A stretch of 64,000 nucleotides of DNA, taken from Cyanophora paradoxa CCMP329. Its lineage: Eukaryota; Plantae; Glaucophyta. The translations under genes and the position numbers were made by a program. The DNA lies in contig QPMI01000003.1 of NCBI GenBank assembly GCA_004431415.1, positions 168,791-232,790 of the forward strand. The letters are read 5' to 3'. The notes below the pieces were generated by a model. The model ran no database searches. It was not told the origin of the DNA and saw only the letters and a program-made list of their open reading frames with translations. Positions 36,727 to 48,100 of this stretch are shown here, piece after piece (the stretch's first letter is position 1; every line of letters starts with the position of its first letter).

Positions 36727-38220
36727 ATGAAGACCGTCCTCGCTTTGAGTGGTGGAGGGTCGCGTGGAATAATCGAGGCTGCTATACTGGCACAGATTGA
36801 AGCCCAAACCGGTAAACGAATCCAACAGCTATTCGACTGCTTTGCGGGAACATCCACAGGTGGATTAATCGCGCTCCTATTGAATATCAAGGGAACCGAT
36901 GGCGCCCCTAAATATACTGCCACTGATATTCTGGCGCTCTACAAAGCGAAGCTGCCGCTGATTTTCGCGAATCCACGAGTGCTTACATCGATTGTACAGC
37001 GCCCAAAGTACGAAGCAACTAACTTAGAAGCTGTGGCTCTGGAACTCTGCGGCTCAGCGACCATGGCGGATCTCTACAAACCCACCATAGTAACTGCGTT
37101 CGACACGGTTCAAATGTCCCCCGTTTTTATTTCAAGCAACGATGAAGATATTAATGGGATGCTTGTGCGCGATGCTGCAAGGGCTACCTCGGCTGCGCCC
37201 ACCTATTTCGAGCCGAAACAAGTCACAGTCGCCGGGAGAACATATTGTTTAATCGATGGTTGCATGAGCGGAAATAATTCGCCCGGGGTTTGTGGTTACA
37301 CATTCGCCCGCACTTTATTCGGAAACTCTTGCGAGGAGGAGCTTATCGTGGTCTCGATTACGGCGGGTCACGTCCAAGACTCTGATAAGGCGACATCTGG
37401 ATATTCGTACGACACTATGAAAAATTGGGGGATCGTGCAATGGATGCTAAGCGCCACAGGATCGCCAATTCTCAGCATGTTCTTAGAGTCGAGTGATCTA
37501 AACGCCCACGTAAAGCTACTGGAACTTTTACCCAGAAACGATGATCAGAATTACGATCGCTACTATAAGCTGAGCGTTCCTTTACCGAAAGATAAAATGA
37601 CCCTCGATACTATCACAACGACGCACTTGCAATATTTAGAAACGGAAGCGCTCGCGTTTGTTTCCGCACAGCAAACGTATTTTAATGCGATGTATTCAGT
37701 GCTGACGATGAATATATCAGAGGGAGACGTTCCCATTATTAATCTGTCCGGGTGCACAGATGTAAGTGTACCCCCGGAGTCTAACTGGGTGCCGCTCGAT
37801 AATAGCGCCTTTATTGCGGAATTTGGCACAGCTTCTGATGCCCGCTGGTCAAATGCTACGGGGTGGGTGGGATTTACCAACCCGCCGCAAGGTAGTAGGT
37901 CGGGAGGCAATTATTTACGCATTGATTTTCCGCGTCTGTTTATGCTTTCCTCTATAAAAATGAAGCCGGCTGCGAATGGAAACTACATTAAAACGTTTGA
38001 GATCGATTACCAATTAACTCCGGGAGTTTCTGCGCTTGTCACATACACAGAAGCCGGCGCGACGAGAGTGTTTACCAATGCAAATCAAATAGCCGGAAGT
38101 GTAGAGCCCGACGAACATTTCTTAGCGAACCCGAGATCTGTGAGAACCCTCGTAATCTGGGTGCTCACGACGAACGTAGCTTCGGCATGCCGAATTGATT
38201 TCGAGGGCTACTACGTGTGA
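36727..38220 (+). CDS. Patatin-like phospholipase fused to a C-terminal discoidin/F5-8C-like domain
   Basis: LSGGGSRG oxyanion loop, GTSTG nucleophile, ATSAAPTYF, IDG catalytic Asp; C-terminal W.G...YLRIDF...YIKTFEIDY...RIDFEG pattern of F5/8 type C folds. Confidence 0.88.
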   Translation: MKTVLALSGGGSRGIIEAAILAQIEAQTGKRIQQLFDCFAGTSTGGLIALLLNIKGTDGAPKYTATDILALYKAKLPLIFANPRVLTSIVQRPKYEATNLEAVALELCGSATMADLYKPTIVTAFDTVQMSPVFISSNDEDINGMLVRDAARATSAAPTYFEPKQVTVAGRTYCLIDGCMSGNNSPGVCGYTFARTLFGNSCEEELIVVSITAGHVQDSDKATSGYSYDTMKNWGIVQWMLSATGSPILSMFLESSDLNAHVKLLELLPRNDDQNYDRYYKLSVPLPKDKMTLDTITTTHLQYLETEALAFVSAQQTYFNAMYSVLTMNISEGDVPIINLSGCTDVSVPPESNWVPLDNSAFIAEFGTASDARWSNATGWVGFTNPPQGSRSGGNYLRIDFPRLFMLSSIKMKPAANGNYIKTFEIDYQLTPGVSALVTYTEAGATRVFTNANQIAGSVEPDEHFLANPRSVRTLVIWVLTTNVASACRIDFEGYYV

Positions 38221-38227
38221 ACAGCGC

Positions 38228-39073
38228 TTAATCCGTGATCACTTCCAGCTGAAACGAGTATGAGAGACCGTTTATATCTGCAACAGATCCCCGCCATTTT
38301 CGAAGCGAAATTGTGAGACGATCTAAATCGAGTTGCGATGTGACATTTACGAAAGGGATGCTTGCGCTCGGTTCGTGGTAAAAGGAATATCTACCAAAGT
38401 CCGAGTTCATCTGAATTCGCAATAGATAGGAGTCGTCGAAATTGTTCTGTCTCCCAGTAACCGCTGCGAATTTGGTAAACGGGCGGAGCTCTTCGATATC
38501 AAGGTAAATATATGGAATTGCATTAAAGTCGACCATTTTCGGGCATATAATCGCGTAGCGACTGGGGTAATCTCTGAGTGGAACCGGCACTGGTTCTGGT
38601 GTGCTGGCGTAAACCACTCCGGGTTCTATGCCGAGACAGTCACAGAACTCCTGGTCTGAGGACTCTAATGTAAAAGGGCTATTCGGAGATGAGAACACGA
38701 AGCGGTTCGTAGAGAGAGCGAGAGAATAGGAGACCGGGAAGAGACCGAGTGGATTAAAAGAACCGCCCGCAAATCCGAGTAAAGCATCACTGTTTAGAGC
38801 TCTCTCTTTCGGATATCGTTCGTTATCAGCATCGACGTAATAATAATCGTTTACGCTGGGAATCGGTGCTATCATTTTGGATGCGGGGATTACTGTGGGC
38901 TCTTCGTTCAAAAACGTTATAGTTATTGTCTGATCGGGCGGAACAACATAAGAGCTATTGGGAATCTCAGCGGATAGCACACGAAATCGTCGTACATTAT
39001 TAAGGCGCGTTTTCAAGTGCAGCACGCCGTTTTCAAGGTCTCTACTGTCGCAATTTATTGTTATTCTTTTCAT
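38228..39073 (-). CDS. Minor capsid (penton) protein 1
   Basis: ITINCDSRD...LNNVRRFRVLSAEIPNSSY, YIYLDI, LDRLTISLR..G...DING.SYSFQLEV: single-jelly-roll penton signature of PLVs/NCLDVs. Confidence 0.82.
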   Translation of the reverse strand: MKRITINCDSRDLENGVLHLKTRLNNVRRFRVLSAEIPNSSYVVPPDQTITITFLNEEPTVIPASKMIAPIPSVNDYYYVDADNERYPKERALNSDALLGFAGGSFNPLGLFPVSYSLALSTNRFVFSSPNSPFTLESSDQEFCDCLGIEPGVVYASTPEPVPVPLRDYPSRYAIICPKMVDFNAIPYIYLDIEELRPFTKFAAVTGRQNNFDDSYLLRIQMNSDFGRYSFYHEPSASIPFVNVTSQLDLDRLTISLRKWRGSVADINGLSYSFQLEVITD

Positions 39074-39089
39074 AATCTATTATAGTAAG

Positions 39090-40016
39090 ATGAAAGAATA
39101 CCTGAGCTTTTCGAGCGATGATCGCGACGAGGAGTTTACACAGCCAAACCAGTATGTAGTGACATTACCCCGTCGCTATGACAACGTAAAATCGGTGCGC
39201 CTGGTGCAGGCAACGGTTCCCAATGTTCTTTCGACCGTGACAAATGATATAGACGCCACTGGTGCAACCATCGAGCGCATGGAACTCTATTTCTCGGTCA
39301 CAGCTTCGGATTCCGGATTCGTGACCATCACAATCCCCAAAGGATTTTACACCAAAGACGACCTTGCCGCAAAAGTCACAGAAAGACTCGAAGCAGCTCG
39401 CCTTTCAGATTTCGGTGGAAAATATATTAAATGCCGCTATAATACTACTTCAAAGATCTATGAGTTTTTCAGTGATAGTAACTTTTGGTTCAAGTTCTCC
39501 AAAGCTTCCCCTGAAACACTCAGAAAATCCAGTAACCGCAAAGCAATCGCTAAGAAACTCGCAATATTCGGTTTCAAAGATATTCAGCTATATGTTTACG
39601 AGACATTTACCCCTCTTGCAAGCGATACATTCCTTGTGTTTAATCCTGGGACGGGAACTGTGACACTCAATCGACGCATTCGCGGCTATACTCGTGGAGA
39701 TGAGACCCCGGCGGCGATGATCTGGCTATATATTGACGAATTTGCGCCGTTTATTCGCTCAGTCAACAAGCACGTCGATGGTTATTTCATGCGCATTCCA
39801 ATCCCACAGGAACTCGAACATGGTGATATCTACCACTTCGACACGTCCACTACGGTGCCTCTCATTCGTGAATTCCGCGAATTAAAATCGTTCGACCGCT
39901 TGACGATTAAACTCATCGACCATGATGGCGCTCTCTTAGATTTCGGGGTTTGGGCGCATTATTTCACTTTTGAAATCGAAACCTACGACGCACCGCCCGA
40001 AATGAATTTCTACTAA
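39090..40016 (+). CDS. Minor capsid (penton) protein 2
   Basis: LSFSSDDRD...PNQYVVTLPRRYDNVKSVRLVQATVPN, IWLYID, FDRLTIKLIDHDG.LLDFG..HYFTFEI; ATG at 39090. Confidence 0.82.
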   Translation: MKEYLSFSSDDRDEEFTQPNQYVVTLPRRYDNVKSVRLVQATVPNVLSTVTNDIDATGATIERMELYFSVTASDSGFVTITIPKGFYTKDDLAAKVTERLEAARLSDFGGKYIKCRYNTTSKIYEFFSDSNFWFKFSKASPETLRKSSNRKAIAKKLAIFGFKDIQLYVYETFTPLASDTFLVFNPGTGTVTLNRRIRGYTRGDETPAAMIWLYIDEFAPFIRSVNKHVDGYFMRIPIPQELEHGDIYHFDTSTTVPLIREFRELKSFDRLTIKLIDHDGALLDFGVWAHYFTFEIETYDAPPEMNFY

Positions 40017-40063
40017 GCCCTTTAAATTATTTTCTGATCCCAAAGATAAGAGAAGAAACGCTC

Positions 40064-41376
40064 ATGGAGACTAACAGCCAATTCCAGCGCCCAACGCTGA
40101 AATCTATGCTCACCACCGATGACTACAAGGATTATTTCCTAAACAAGTCGCTGGTCATTGGAACGTCCTCTGGCACTAAGCCACTTCGAGTTCTGGTCGC
40201 CCCGATACCGAACCAACCAATGCCCTCGGTAACCGAGTAGTTTTCAAAATCCCCCGCTACCATTTCCTGAATGGTCTCGCGCTGCAACTCGATCTAAACC
40301 CGATCACCCTCACTGATCTCACGAATGGTGTCGCTGGAACTACTGGCTACCTTCGCGTCATTGGATCGCTGATTAAGCGCATCGAAATCTCTCACGCTTC
40401 ATTCCGCTATGTTGTACCGGAAGATTTCGTCACCCAGTATTTTCTACTGATGACTGAACAGGGCGAACTCGATAAGAAACTTCGCTATGTCGGTGGTCTT
40501 GTCGGAACCGCTGGTAACACTGTCGGTGGAACCTACGAAATCGATTTACCCTCTCCTTTCGAGAAGGCGATGTTCCCACTTTGCGCTCTGAACTCTGAGA
40601 TCACAGTGGAAATCGAATTCAAGGCGCAAGGGGATGGTATCATTGAGGATGTGAATAATGTTGCTAATATTGCGGTAACCAACAATGGCGCTTCCCTTCA
40701 AGTGCTGAAACCCCGCGTTATTTGCAAGGTTGTAAACGCCGATGAGGCGGTTGTATCGGAGACCATTGCCCGTGTTAAATCGACTGGCATCGCGATCCCC
40801 TACAACGAAATCGGTTTCCTACACACAGATTTCCAGCCGACCGCCTCCGGTTCGCGAGTCAATCTCTCGCAACTCACAGGTGCGGGTCTCATCCACACTC
40901 TCGTATTCTCTGTGCGCCAAAACGCGAAGACGAAGGTTAACAACGGAACTCTCTCGGTTCTGGCTCCTCGTGCACTCAGAACCAACGCCGTAAGCTTCTA
41001 TGTGGAACTCAACAATAACCGCCTTTACTCAAATACTTCGCTTCCTCTCATGATTGCCGCGACCGAACTTCAAGATAAATATAATTCGGCGATCTTTACC
41101 GAGAGCACAAGCTACCCCGCTCTCACTGGCATTTACTTCGGTGCTGGAAACGGAAAGGCGTCGCTTCTAAACCAAGAGAACACGGGCTACATCGATGCCA
41201 CAGGCACATCGGCGTTCGATCTGGTCTTCGAATTCAACGGTGTCACAACGGCAGCCGAAGGTTCATCAGAATGGTATGCATCATCGGCATATCAGAAGAT
41301 GCAAATTCAGTGCATTGCCCTCGCCCACAACATCATGATAATTTCCGCCGACGGAATCCGAAGAGTATCCGCATGA
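40064..41376 (+). CDS. Major capsid protein (double-jelly-roll type, about 437 aa; one frameshift in a C-run near 40200)
   Basis: ATG at 40064; adding one C gives LVAPDTEPTNALGNRVVFKIPRYHFLNGLALQLDL, continuous with ORF 40450-41376 (FPLCALNSEITVEIEF). Beta-strand-rich; lies between the pentons and the ATPase. Confidence 0.75.
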
Positions 41377-41491
41377 TTACCATATTCAGTCTCATTTTTA
41401 CAACATTTTCATCGTTTTGGAAATTTCCAGTAAGAGATACCCACAAAAAGCATTTAAAGACAAGCCAACAATCAGTATATTAAGAAACAAG

Positions 41492-42438
41492 ATGACTCCC
41501 GCTCTGACTCACGATCAATTCGTATCTCGGTCTCAGGAAAGATTCCCAGGTAAATTTGCATATGAGAAGGCGAAGTATAAAACATACTGCTTCGACAAGG
41601 TCACTTTGATTTGTCTGACATGTAACACAGAATTCGAATGTCTGCCTTCAAACCATTTGAAAAAAGGTGGATATGGAGGATGTCCCCAATGTTGCAAGGA
41701 CATGCTCCACAAAGAAAGAGCCACTCCAAAAGACGTGTTTTTGGAACAGGCTCGATCAGCTCATGGAGACCTATATGATTATGACTTGACGAATTACAGA
41801 AACTGTCGATCTAAGATTTCTATTCACTGCAAACAGTGCGGGCACGACTTTGAGAAGACTGTGTGTGAGGTTGTGCGAAGCGAAGGATGCCCGAAATGTA
41901 GTTTCAAAGCGAGATGCAAGAAAAGAAGTAAGCCACTCGATATATTTTTGAACGAAGTCAGTGAAGTTCATGGAGATCTTTATGACTATTCAGAGACAGA
42001 ATACACAAACAAACGCACACCAGTTACCATTAAATGCAAGAAATGTAGCTCAAAGTTTTCATGCCTACCACAGAATCATCTACGGGGGACTGGTTGCCCC
42101 CGCTGCAAATTTTCGAAAGGAGAAATTGCCGTTGAACAAGTCTTGAAGTCTTTGGAGCTTACATTTAAACAACAGCACCGTTTCGCGAACTGCAAAAATA
42201 AAAACACGCTACCTTTCGACTTTTACATTCCTTCATTGAAGATTGCAATCGAGTATGATGGGCGCTTGCATTATGAGCCGGTCGATCACTTTGGGGTCAG
42301 GAAAGATTAGATACGATTCGGCTTCACGATGGAATAAAGAACCGCTACTGCGAAGCTAACAATATTAAGCTCCTCCGCATACCATACACTGAAACTGATA
42401 TTAAAGGTTGCATTGAGCGCTTCCTCTCATCGCTCTAA
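41492..42438 (+). CDS. Homing-endonuclease-like protein: repeated zinc-ribbon modules plus Vsr/PD-(D/E)xK-like nuclease
   Basis: Three HG.YDY...C..C...F....H..G.GCP.C-type repeats; LPFDFYIPSLKIAIEYDGRLHY; after a shift near 42295, HDGIKNRYCEANNIKLLRIPY. Confidence 0.8.
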
Positions 42439-42483
42439 TTACCACAGTCAGTCTTATTTTTCTATTGTTTTTATAGTGAAAGA

Positions 42484-43350
42484 ATGCAAAAAGGGACGAC
42501 GCCCATGGATCTCGAAGAATGGAACCCGAAACAGAGGGTGAAACTTCCCGCACGATTTCTCCTATTGGCGAAAACCAATTGTGGTAAATCGGTTTTCTTA
42601 AAGTGGCTGATCAAAGAACTCGAAGATCAGATCTCGTATGTTCTGGTTTTCTGTCCTACGAGTTTCAACGGTTTCTGGGGACAAATTACAGACGAAGTGC
42701 ATGACACCTGGAAACCGGAATATGTAGAGTCGATCATAGAAGCCCGCAAAAAAGCCATCATCGCGGGTAAGAAACCAAAGAATATTCTCATCGTACTCGA
42801 CGATTGTTTGGAGTCCGGAACTATCGATCTTTCGCGCGATCATTTGCTAAATAAATTGATGGCGCAAGGTCGTCATACGTTTTGTTCCGTGGCGCTAATA
42901 TCGCAGAAACTAACAAAGCTTTCAACGATCATTCGCAGCAATGCGGAGTATATCATATTCCTCAGCTGGTCAAACATGCGAGAGTTTGAAGCATATCACG
43001 AAGAGTTCGGGAACATGGATAAAGAGAGTTTCAAGCGCATGTTCCAAGAATTCTGTCATAGCTACCAAGCGATCATTCACGATAATACCGGGTATTCTGT
43101 GCGATGGTGGGTCGAAAAAGCCGATATGATCGATGACCATCCGTTTACTAAATTCCACAAGCGGGCGGCTTTTGAAGAAAAGAAGCGCAAACAACAAGAA
43201 GAGCAAGCAACAAAACCGCCGCCTGTCAAAGATTCGACAACTGTATGCAAAACTTTATCCAAATTTGAGCGTGAGCTTGAAGGTATCCCCAAACTTTCCC
43301 AAATTTCGCCTAAGAAAAAGAAAATGTTAATCAAATGTAAGAGAAGATAA
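42484..43350 (+). CDS. A32/FtsK-HerA-like genome packaging ATPase
   Basis: Walker A AKTNCGKS, Walker B ILIVLDDC, QGRH and ISQ motifs, IIRSNAEY. Confidence 0.9.
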   Translation: MQKGTTPMDLEEWNPKQRVKLPARFLLLAKTNCGKSVFLKWLIKELEDQISYVLVFCPTSFNGFWGQITDEVHDTWKPEYVESIIEARKKAIIAGKKPKNILIVLDDCLESGTIDLSRDHLLNKLMAQGRHTFCSVALISQKLTKLSTIIRSNAEYIIFLSWSNMREFEAYHEEFGNMDKESFKRMFQEFCHSYQAIIHDNTGYSVRWWVEKADMIDDHPFTKFHKRAAFEEKKRKQQEEQATKPPPVKDSTTVCKTLSKFERELEGIPKLSQISPKKKKMLIKCKRR

Positions 43351-43352
43351 TC

Positions 43353-44036
43353 ATGGTCTACCGAAAGAAGCCTCAAACCCTACAAGCGGTCGCCTCTGGT
43401 AACCCAAATCGCGGACTTGAAGAGTCTGGATTAACGTCGGGTGGCGGTCTCGAAATGCCCGAATATCTTATAGACACTTCGCCAGAAGAGGTCGCCAAGC
43501 AAGAGGCGATTATTGCGAGTGCCACCGCGGACAAGGGAAACCAAGATAGCGGTAAACGCCAAATGGAGGATTTAGCTACTGTAAAACCACAGATTGGAGG
43601 CGGCTCCATCGATGAAGCAACCGACAAAGTACTAAAAGCGCAAGTTGTCGCAAGCCAGCACAAAACGCAAGACGTCCCAAAAGCCGCCGAAACTGAGCTT
43701 AAAAAGCGCGGATCCTATCAAAAACACACGGTTCCTGTCGACGTTGTCATGAGCTTTGAAGAGAAAGTGCGAGACCTTGAAATGAAAGTGTCAAACTACG
43801 AGAAATGGATGCAAGATTATAACGAACGCAAGAAATTAAAGGGGCTCGTGAAGAAAGAGATCTCCAAACTCGGATTAAAGCAAAAAGTCGACGTAGAGGA
43901 GATTAAAAAGGAGGAAAAAACAGATGCACAAGCCGTAACTCGTCAGCAATCGGTTGCCCCGCAATATGCACATATAGTGCCGACAGCACCAGCGAATTTC
44001 GCGGCAATGCTCGGTGGTAAACGCCATATCCGCTAA
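43353..44036 (+). CDS. Hypothetical viral protein, charged with coiled coil
   Basis: ATG ORF packed 2 bp after the ATPase; K/E-rich heptads. Confidence 0.65.
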   Translation: MVYRKKPQTLQAVASGNPNRGLEESGLTSGGGLEMPEYLIDTSPEEVAKQEAIIASATADKGNQDSGKRQMEDLATVKPQIGGGSIDEATDKVLKAQVVASQHKTQDVPKAAETELKKRGSYQKHTVPVDVVMSFEEKVRDLEMKVSNYEKWMQDYNERKKLKGLVKKEISKLGLKQKVDVEEIKKEEKTDAQAVTRQQSVAPQYAHIVPTAPANFAAMLGGKRHIR

Positions 44037-44235
44037 TGGCTGTGAATATCCGCAAGGCAAAGCTGAACCCGCCCGTATTTAGAGCGGGTCTTTATGTGGA
44101 CTCCCTTGCAATAGGGACAGGTCGGCTCGGTAAACAACATGATAAGGTCGACTAAATCATAAGGAAACACACGAGCAAGTAACAGCCTCATTTCCTGTTA
44201 CCATAGGATTATTTTATTGCGACTCTTTATAGAAG

Positions 44236-44631
44236 ATGAACTTTATCAGTCAGTGCATTGAAATGTTTCAGCTTCATGTAGTGTCTAATTGCCACAGCCC
44301 TTGCTGTGACACGACCGTAGAAATTGAAATATCGGATGGCGAAGACAATGGGGGTCGTCGCTTATCTGTTATTTCGAACACTGACACGAACGCCCCGCCA
44401 AGATCGCGAAGGGGGTCGCCTGTGCCCGCGGCTATGAGTTCCAATATCGAATCCGCTCAGATAGAGGACGTAAACGTAGAGTATATTAGAAGGCGCTCAT
44501 GTCCTGAGATATTGGGTGGGCATTTTCGCGCTGATTCCCCTTATCCGATGCTCACCCTCGATGGAATGGCTTCGGGCAACGATGGAAATTACGAATACGT
44601 GGAGCCGCAACCTGTCTGGAACGATTATTAA
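44236..44631 (+). CDS. Small Cys-cluster protein (paralog of 58223-58486)
   Basis: MNFISQCIEMFQLHVVSNCHSPCCDTTVEIEISD aligns with MDLLRKCMDMFHLNVTSKLNCSCCETTINLEISD. Confidence 0.7.
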   Translation: MNFISQCIEMFQLHVVSNCHSPCCDTTVEIEISDGEDNGGRRLSVISNTDTNAPPRSRRGSPVPAAMSSNIESAQIEDVNVEYIRRRSCPEILGGHFRADSPYPMLTLDGMASGNDGNYEYVEPQPVWNDY

Positions 44632-44733
44632 AGATCGATCCGAGGGCAAAAATTGAAGGTTTCGGTAAAAGGTATTTAAGGGCAAGAGAAATAATACAGA
44701 GTGACAAAAAACTATTTTCTCCGGTTATAGTAA

Positions 44734-45147
44734 ATGGCGAAACCCAAGATTTCAAACCAAGAGGCGATGGCGGCACAGCAGGAAAAGCGCAGACCCGGGC
44801 GACCGAAAAAGGTGATTTCAGAAGAGGAGAAGGCGGAGAGATTAAGACTAAAACGCGAAAAAGACGCCGAGCGGCAGCGAAACAAGCATCAGAGACAGAA
44901 ACAGGAGCGATTAGCCGCCGGAGAGGCTACTATATTCACACCGGAACAGCTACAAAAGATTGCAATTCGTAAACAGCAGCGATACCAAGACGATGAAGAG
45001 TATCGGGAGAAAATCCGAGAGAAGGCACGTGAATACCAACGAAGGAAAAGAGCGGAACGCAAGCTGAACCCACCCGCTAAACCTCAGCCGCAAAAGCCCG
45101 CTGGGAGACCCCGAAAGCATGTCGTCGAGAACGCGAAAAATTCGTAG
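44734..45147 (+). CDS. Basic putative DNA-binding protein with two AT-hook-like motifs
   Basis: RRPGRPKK and PAGRPRK flanking a K/R/E-rich helix; preceded by the viral promoter-like motif. Confidence 0.68.
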   Translation: MAKPKISNQEAMAAQQEKRRPGRPKKVISEEEKAERLRLKREKDAERQRNKHQRQKQERLAAGEATIFTPEQLQKIAIRKQQRYQDDEEYREKIREKAREYQRRKRAERKLNPPAKPQPQKPAGRPRKHVVENAKNS

Positions 45148-45169
45148 CGAAAAGTACCGCACGATGCAA

Positions 45170-48100
45170 GATAAAATCTCTTGCATTAGCACACAACACA
45201 ACTACAATGAGTTTCACATCGCCCAATAAATCTCTCCGACTAGATACTATCGAGGACCGTCGTATGCTGTGCTTTAGAAAGTACAAAATGAACGAAAGGT
45301 TTGAAGGTTTCGTGTCTAGATATCTAGCTAAGGAGGTTTCTAACTAATACTAATGATGTGGAAGCTAGCTGTATCGATTTCTAAACCAACCTAAACTCCC
45401 GGCTACGAGGTCCTATCTCTACAAAAGACTCCCAATCATGGTATGTCCGCCGCCAGCGCTGCCCAAGGGCCTCGCCGCGCCGTGTGCCAGGCTCCTCGCC
45501 AGCCCCAGTAGATTGGGCTACTGGCCGCCTCCTGCCGTCGCCTCCGCCGCCTCCATTTGTTGGTGTTGCGTCCTCCGGCCCCGCCCCCAGACCGCAATCC
45601 CCCAGTGTCTCCCTCTAGCGCGGGCGCGCCCTCTGTGTGCCCACGCCCCAAGCATACCTGTTCGTATGGTCGTATACTTGCATGGCCGCTGAAGCCCGGA
45701 CCCAGCCGTAGTCGTCTGGCGGGCAGCTCAGGTGTGAGAGGGCTAGGGTTTCCCCGCCTTGGTGGCGGGACTCGAGGGCACCGCACTCCCTGCAGCGTTC
45801 CCGCTGCCGGGGCTCCGGATCCGCGCGCTTCCTGCGAGCGTTGCCAGCCGTATCGTCAGGCGGCGCGTCGGCCTCGCGCCCGCGCGCCTCAGTGCGCTTC
45901 GCCTTGGCGCGACGTTCTTTCATGACCTTCGTGATCCCGCACGCCTTCTCCCACTCCGCGTACGCCTGGCATCTGGCGGCCCACGTTTTATGGGCCTGCT
46001 CGCCTATGGCCGTCGTCAGCTTGCGCACGACCTGGGCAGCTTTCTTGGCGTCCGTGACGGTCTCGCGAATCATATCGGTGAGGCCTGCCGGGGCAGCCCC
46101 CGTAGCACGCACATCTGCGCCTGCCGTTCAGCTGCCGTGAGCGTCGGGTCGTTTACTCTCGTGACCTTCAGGGAGCTGGAGAGCGCGTGTGGCACTGACC
46201 GCTTCTGCGCGCCTTCGAGGGCCTCGCTGACCGTCGCTGCGATGCGTGCTTCCGCAGCGGTGCGCGCCTCCGTCGCCACCGCGCTGGGGCAGGTGAGGAC
46301 GTGCTCCAGCGTCTCCTCGGGCCCAGTCACAAGCTGGGGCCGGCCGTCGCCATCGATTTCCCGTGTGCTGCAGAGCGCACAGAGTCCTGCCGGGTTCACT
46401 TCGCTGTAGAGCTCGGGCGCGTCTCGCTTGCGGACGAGGGCCGTCGCCACCGTACCCAAAACGAGTTTCATGTGCGTACCCCGGAAGCAGTTGCTCTCTC
46501 GGCTCACTCCGACTCGGCGGGGCCCCATAGCCATCTGATCGTATACTGCGCCGTGATCCACTGGCAGCCGTAGCCACTCCCCGGCCTTGAGCTGGTTCGC
46601 CCACGCGAAGTGCGTGTGGTGCGCGTGAAGCACAGCGGCGTGCCGCCGAGGGTCGCCTTCGACTCGCCTGACTATCCCGGTCGGTCCCTCGATCGTCAGC
46701 ACTGCCGGCATGCTGAACTCGGGCGGCAGGAAGATGTTCTCGTCCAGTTCCTCCTGTTCCAGGTGCGCGCCTTGATCGGCCGCTCTGTCGGCGGCGTCGT
46801 TTAGCTCGTGCATATCCTCGTCGCTGTGCGCCTTGACCTTGATAACCGCAGCCGGCCGCTGCCGATCCCGTCCCATCACCAGGGCGCGGAACTTGGACCA
46901 CGCGTACAGCTCAGCGCTGCACGTGTTCCGGATGTAGTCTCGCATGTGCATATCGTGCACATTCAGCACGAACTTATCGAACCACGTGCAGACGTTCTGA
47001 CTGTCCGTGTGCAGGCGCACCCCCTGCGCCGCGAGCACGTCGGCGACGATCGCAGCCTGGAGCTCAGCCTTGTTGTTCTCTTGAAGCCCGCGCAGCCTGC
47101 CAACGTACGTGCCTGCCCATTCCGGGTGGTTCGCCACGGTCCCGTCCGGGAACTCAGCCGGGCTCACGACGCCGAGGCCCGCGTGCGCCCCTTCCGTTTG
47201 ACCCTTCTTCAGGCTCCCGTCCGTCCATATCCACTGCTCGAGTTTCCCCGGGCGACGGCCGAGCTTCGCGAGTTCCGCCTCTTCGATCTGCTCCCAATTT
47301 GCCAGCATGTGCTGCCAGTAAACGGTGAGGGTGACCCCTTCCTGCGCCGCCCGGGAGTCCCAGTGGCGCGGCGCTCCGCCCGCGTAGTAGAGTTCGCTCT
47401 GCTCTGCTGAATCTGACACAGGTTGTGCCTCGTCCCGCGGCTCGGCGCCCGGCGTCGCCGCCGCAGCCACTTCCAGCGCGGCCTGCAGCTCAGCCTCGGC
47501 CTCCGGGCTCAGCTGTTCGCGGAGGAAGCGCTCGTCACCATCCTGTACGGCTTTCACGCGGGCCTGGAGAAGCAGCGCCCTGCGTTTCTCGTCGTCTTGC
47601 GTGCGCAGGCCCGGGTCGTAGTACTCCAAGGTCGGTCGCAGGGCGACCTGCTTGCGCCCGCGCTTCGACTTCGTCTCCTGACCCGCCGCTACCGCCGGCG
47701 TCTCCTCCGTCGGTTCGCCTTCCAAGGCGAGGAGGGTATCCTCCTCCTCCCACCAGCCCTTCCCGTGCGTCCACGAGCCGTCGCACTGACTCATTTCGGG
47801 GCAGCGCGATGGAGCATTGCGCGTGCACCGGTCGTCATGGTGCCAGTACTGCTTCCCTGTCCCCTGCACCGCCGTGTACGTGCTCGTCCGCCCCTCTATT
47901 TCGGGGTGCCGGCAGTGACCGTCGCACCGGCAGTAGAGTCCCTCTTTCTCCGCGTCGGGGTCCGCGCCCTTCGGCACCGGCACCCAGTGCTCCAGCAGGT
48001 ACTCCGACGCTAATATGCTGCCCGTCTCGGATTTGAACGTAACGACTCGCCCCACGTGGGGCTCGGCAGATTCATCGTGCAGTTGCTCCGCCTCAAATAC

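Noticed and set aside
36684-36923. N-terminal 80 aa of ORF 35118-36923
   Set aside because: Antisense overlap with the patatin gene; the ATG at 36683 after an AT-rich spacer is the plausible start.
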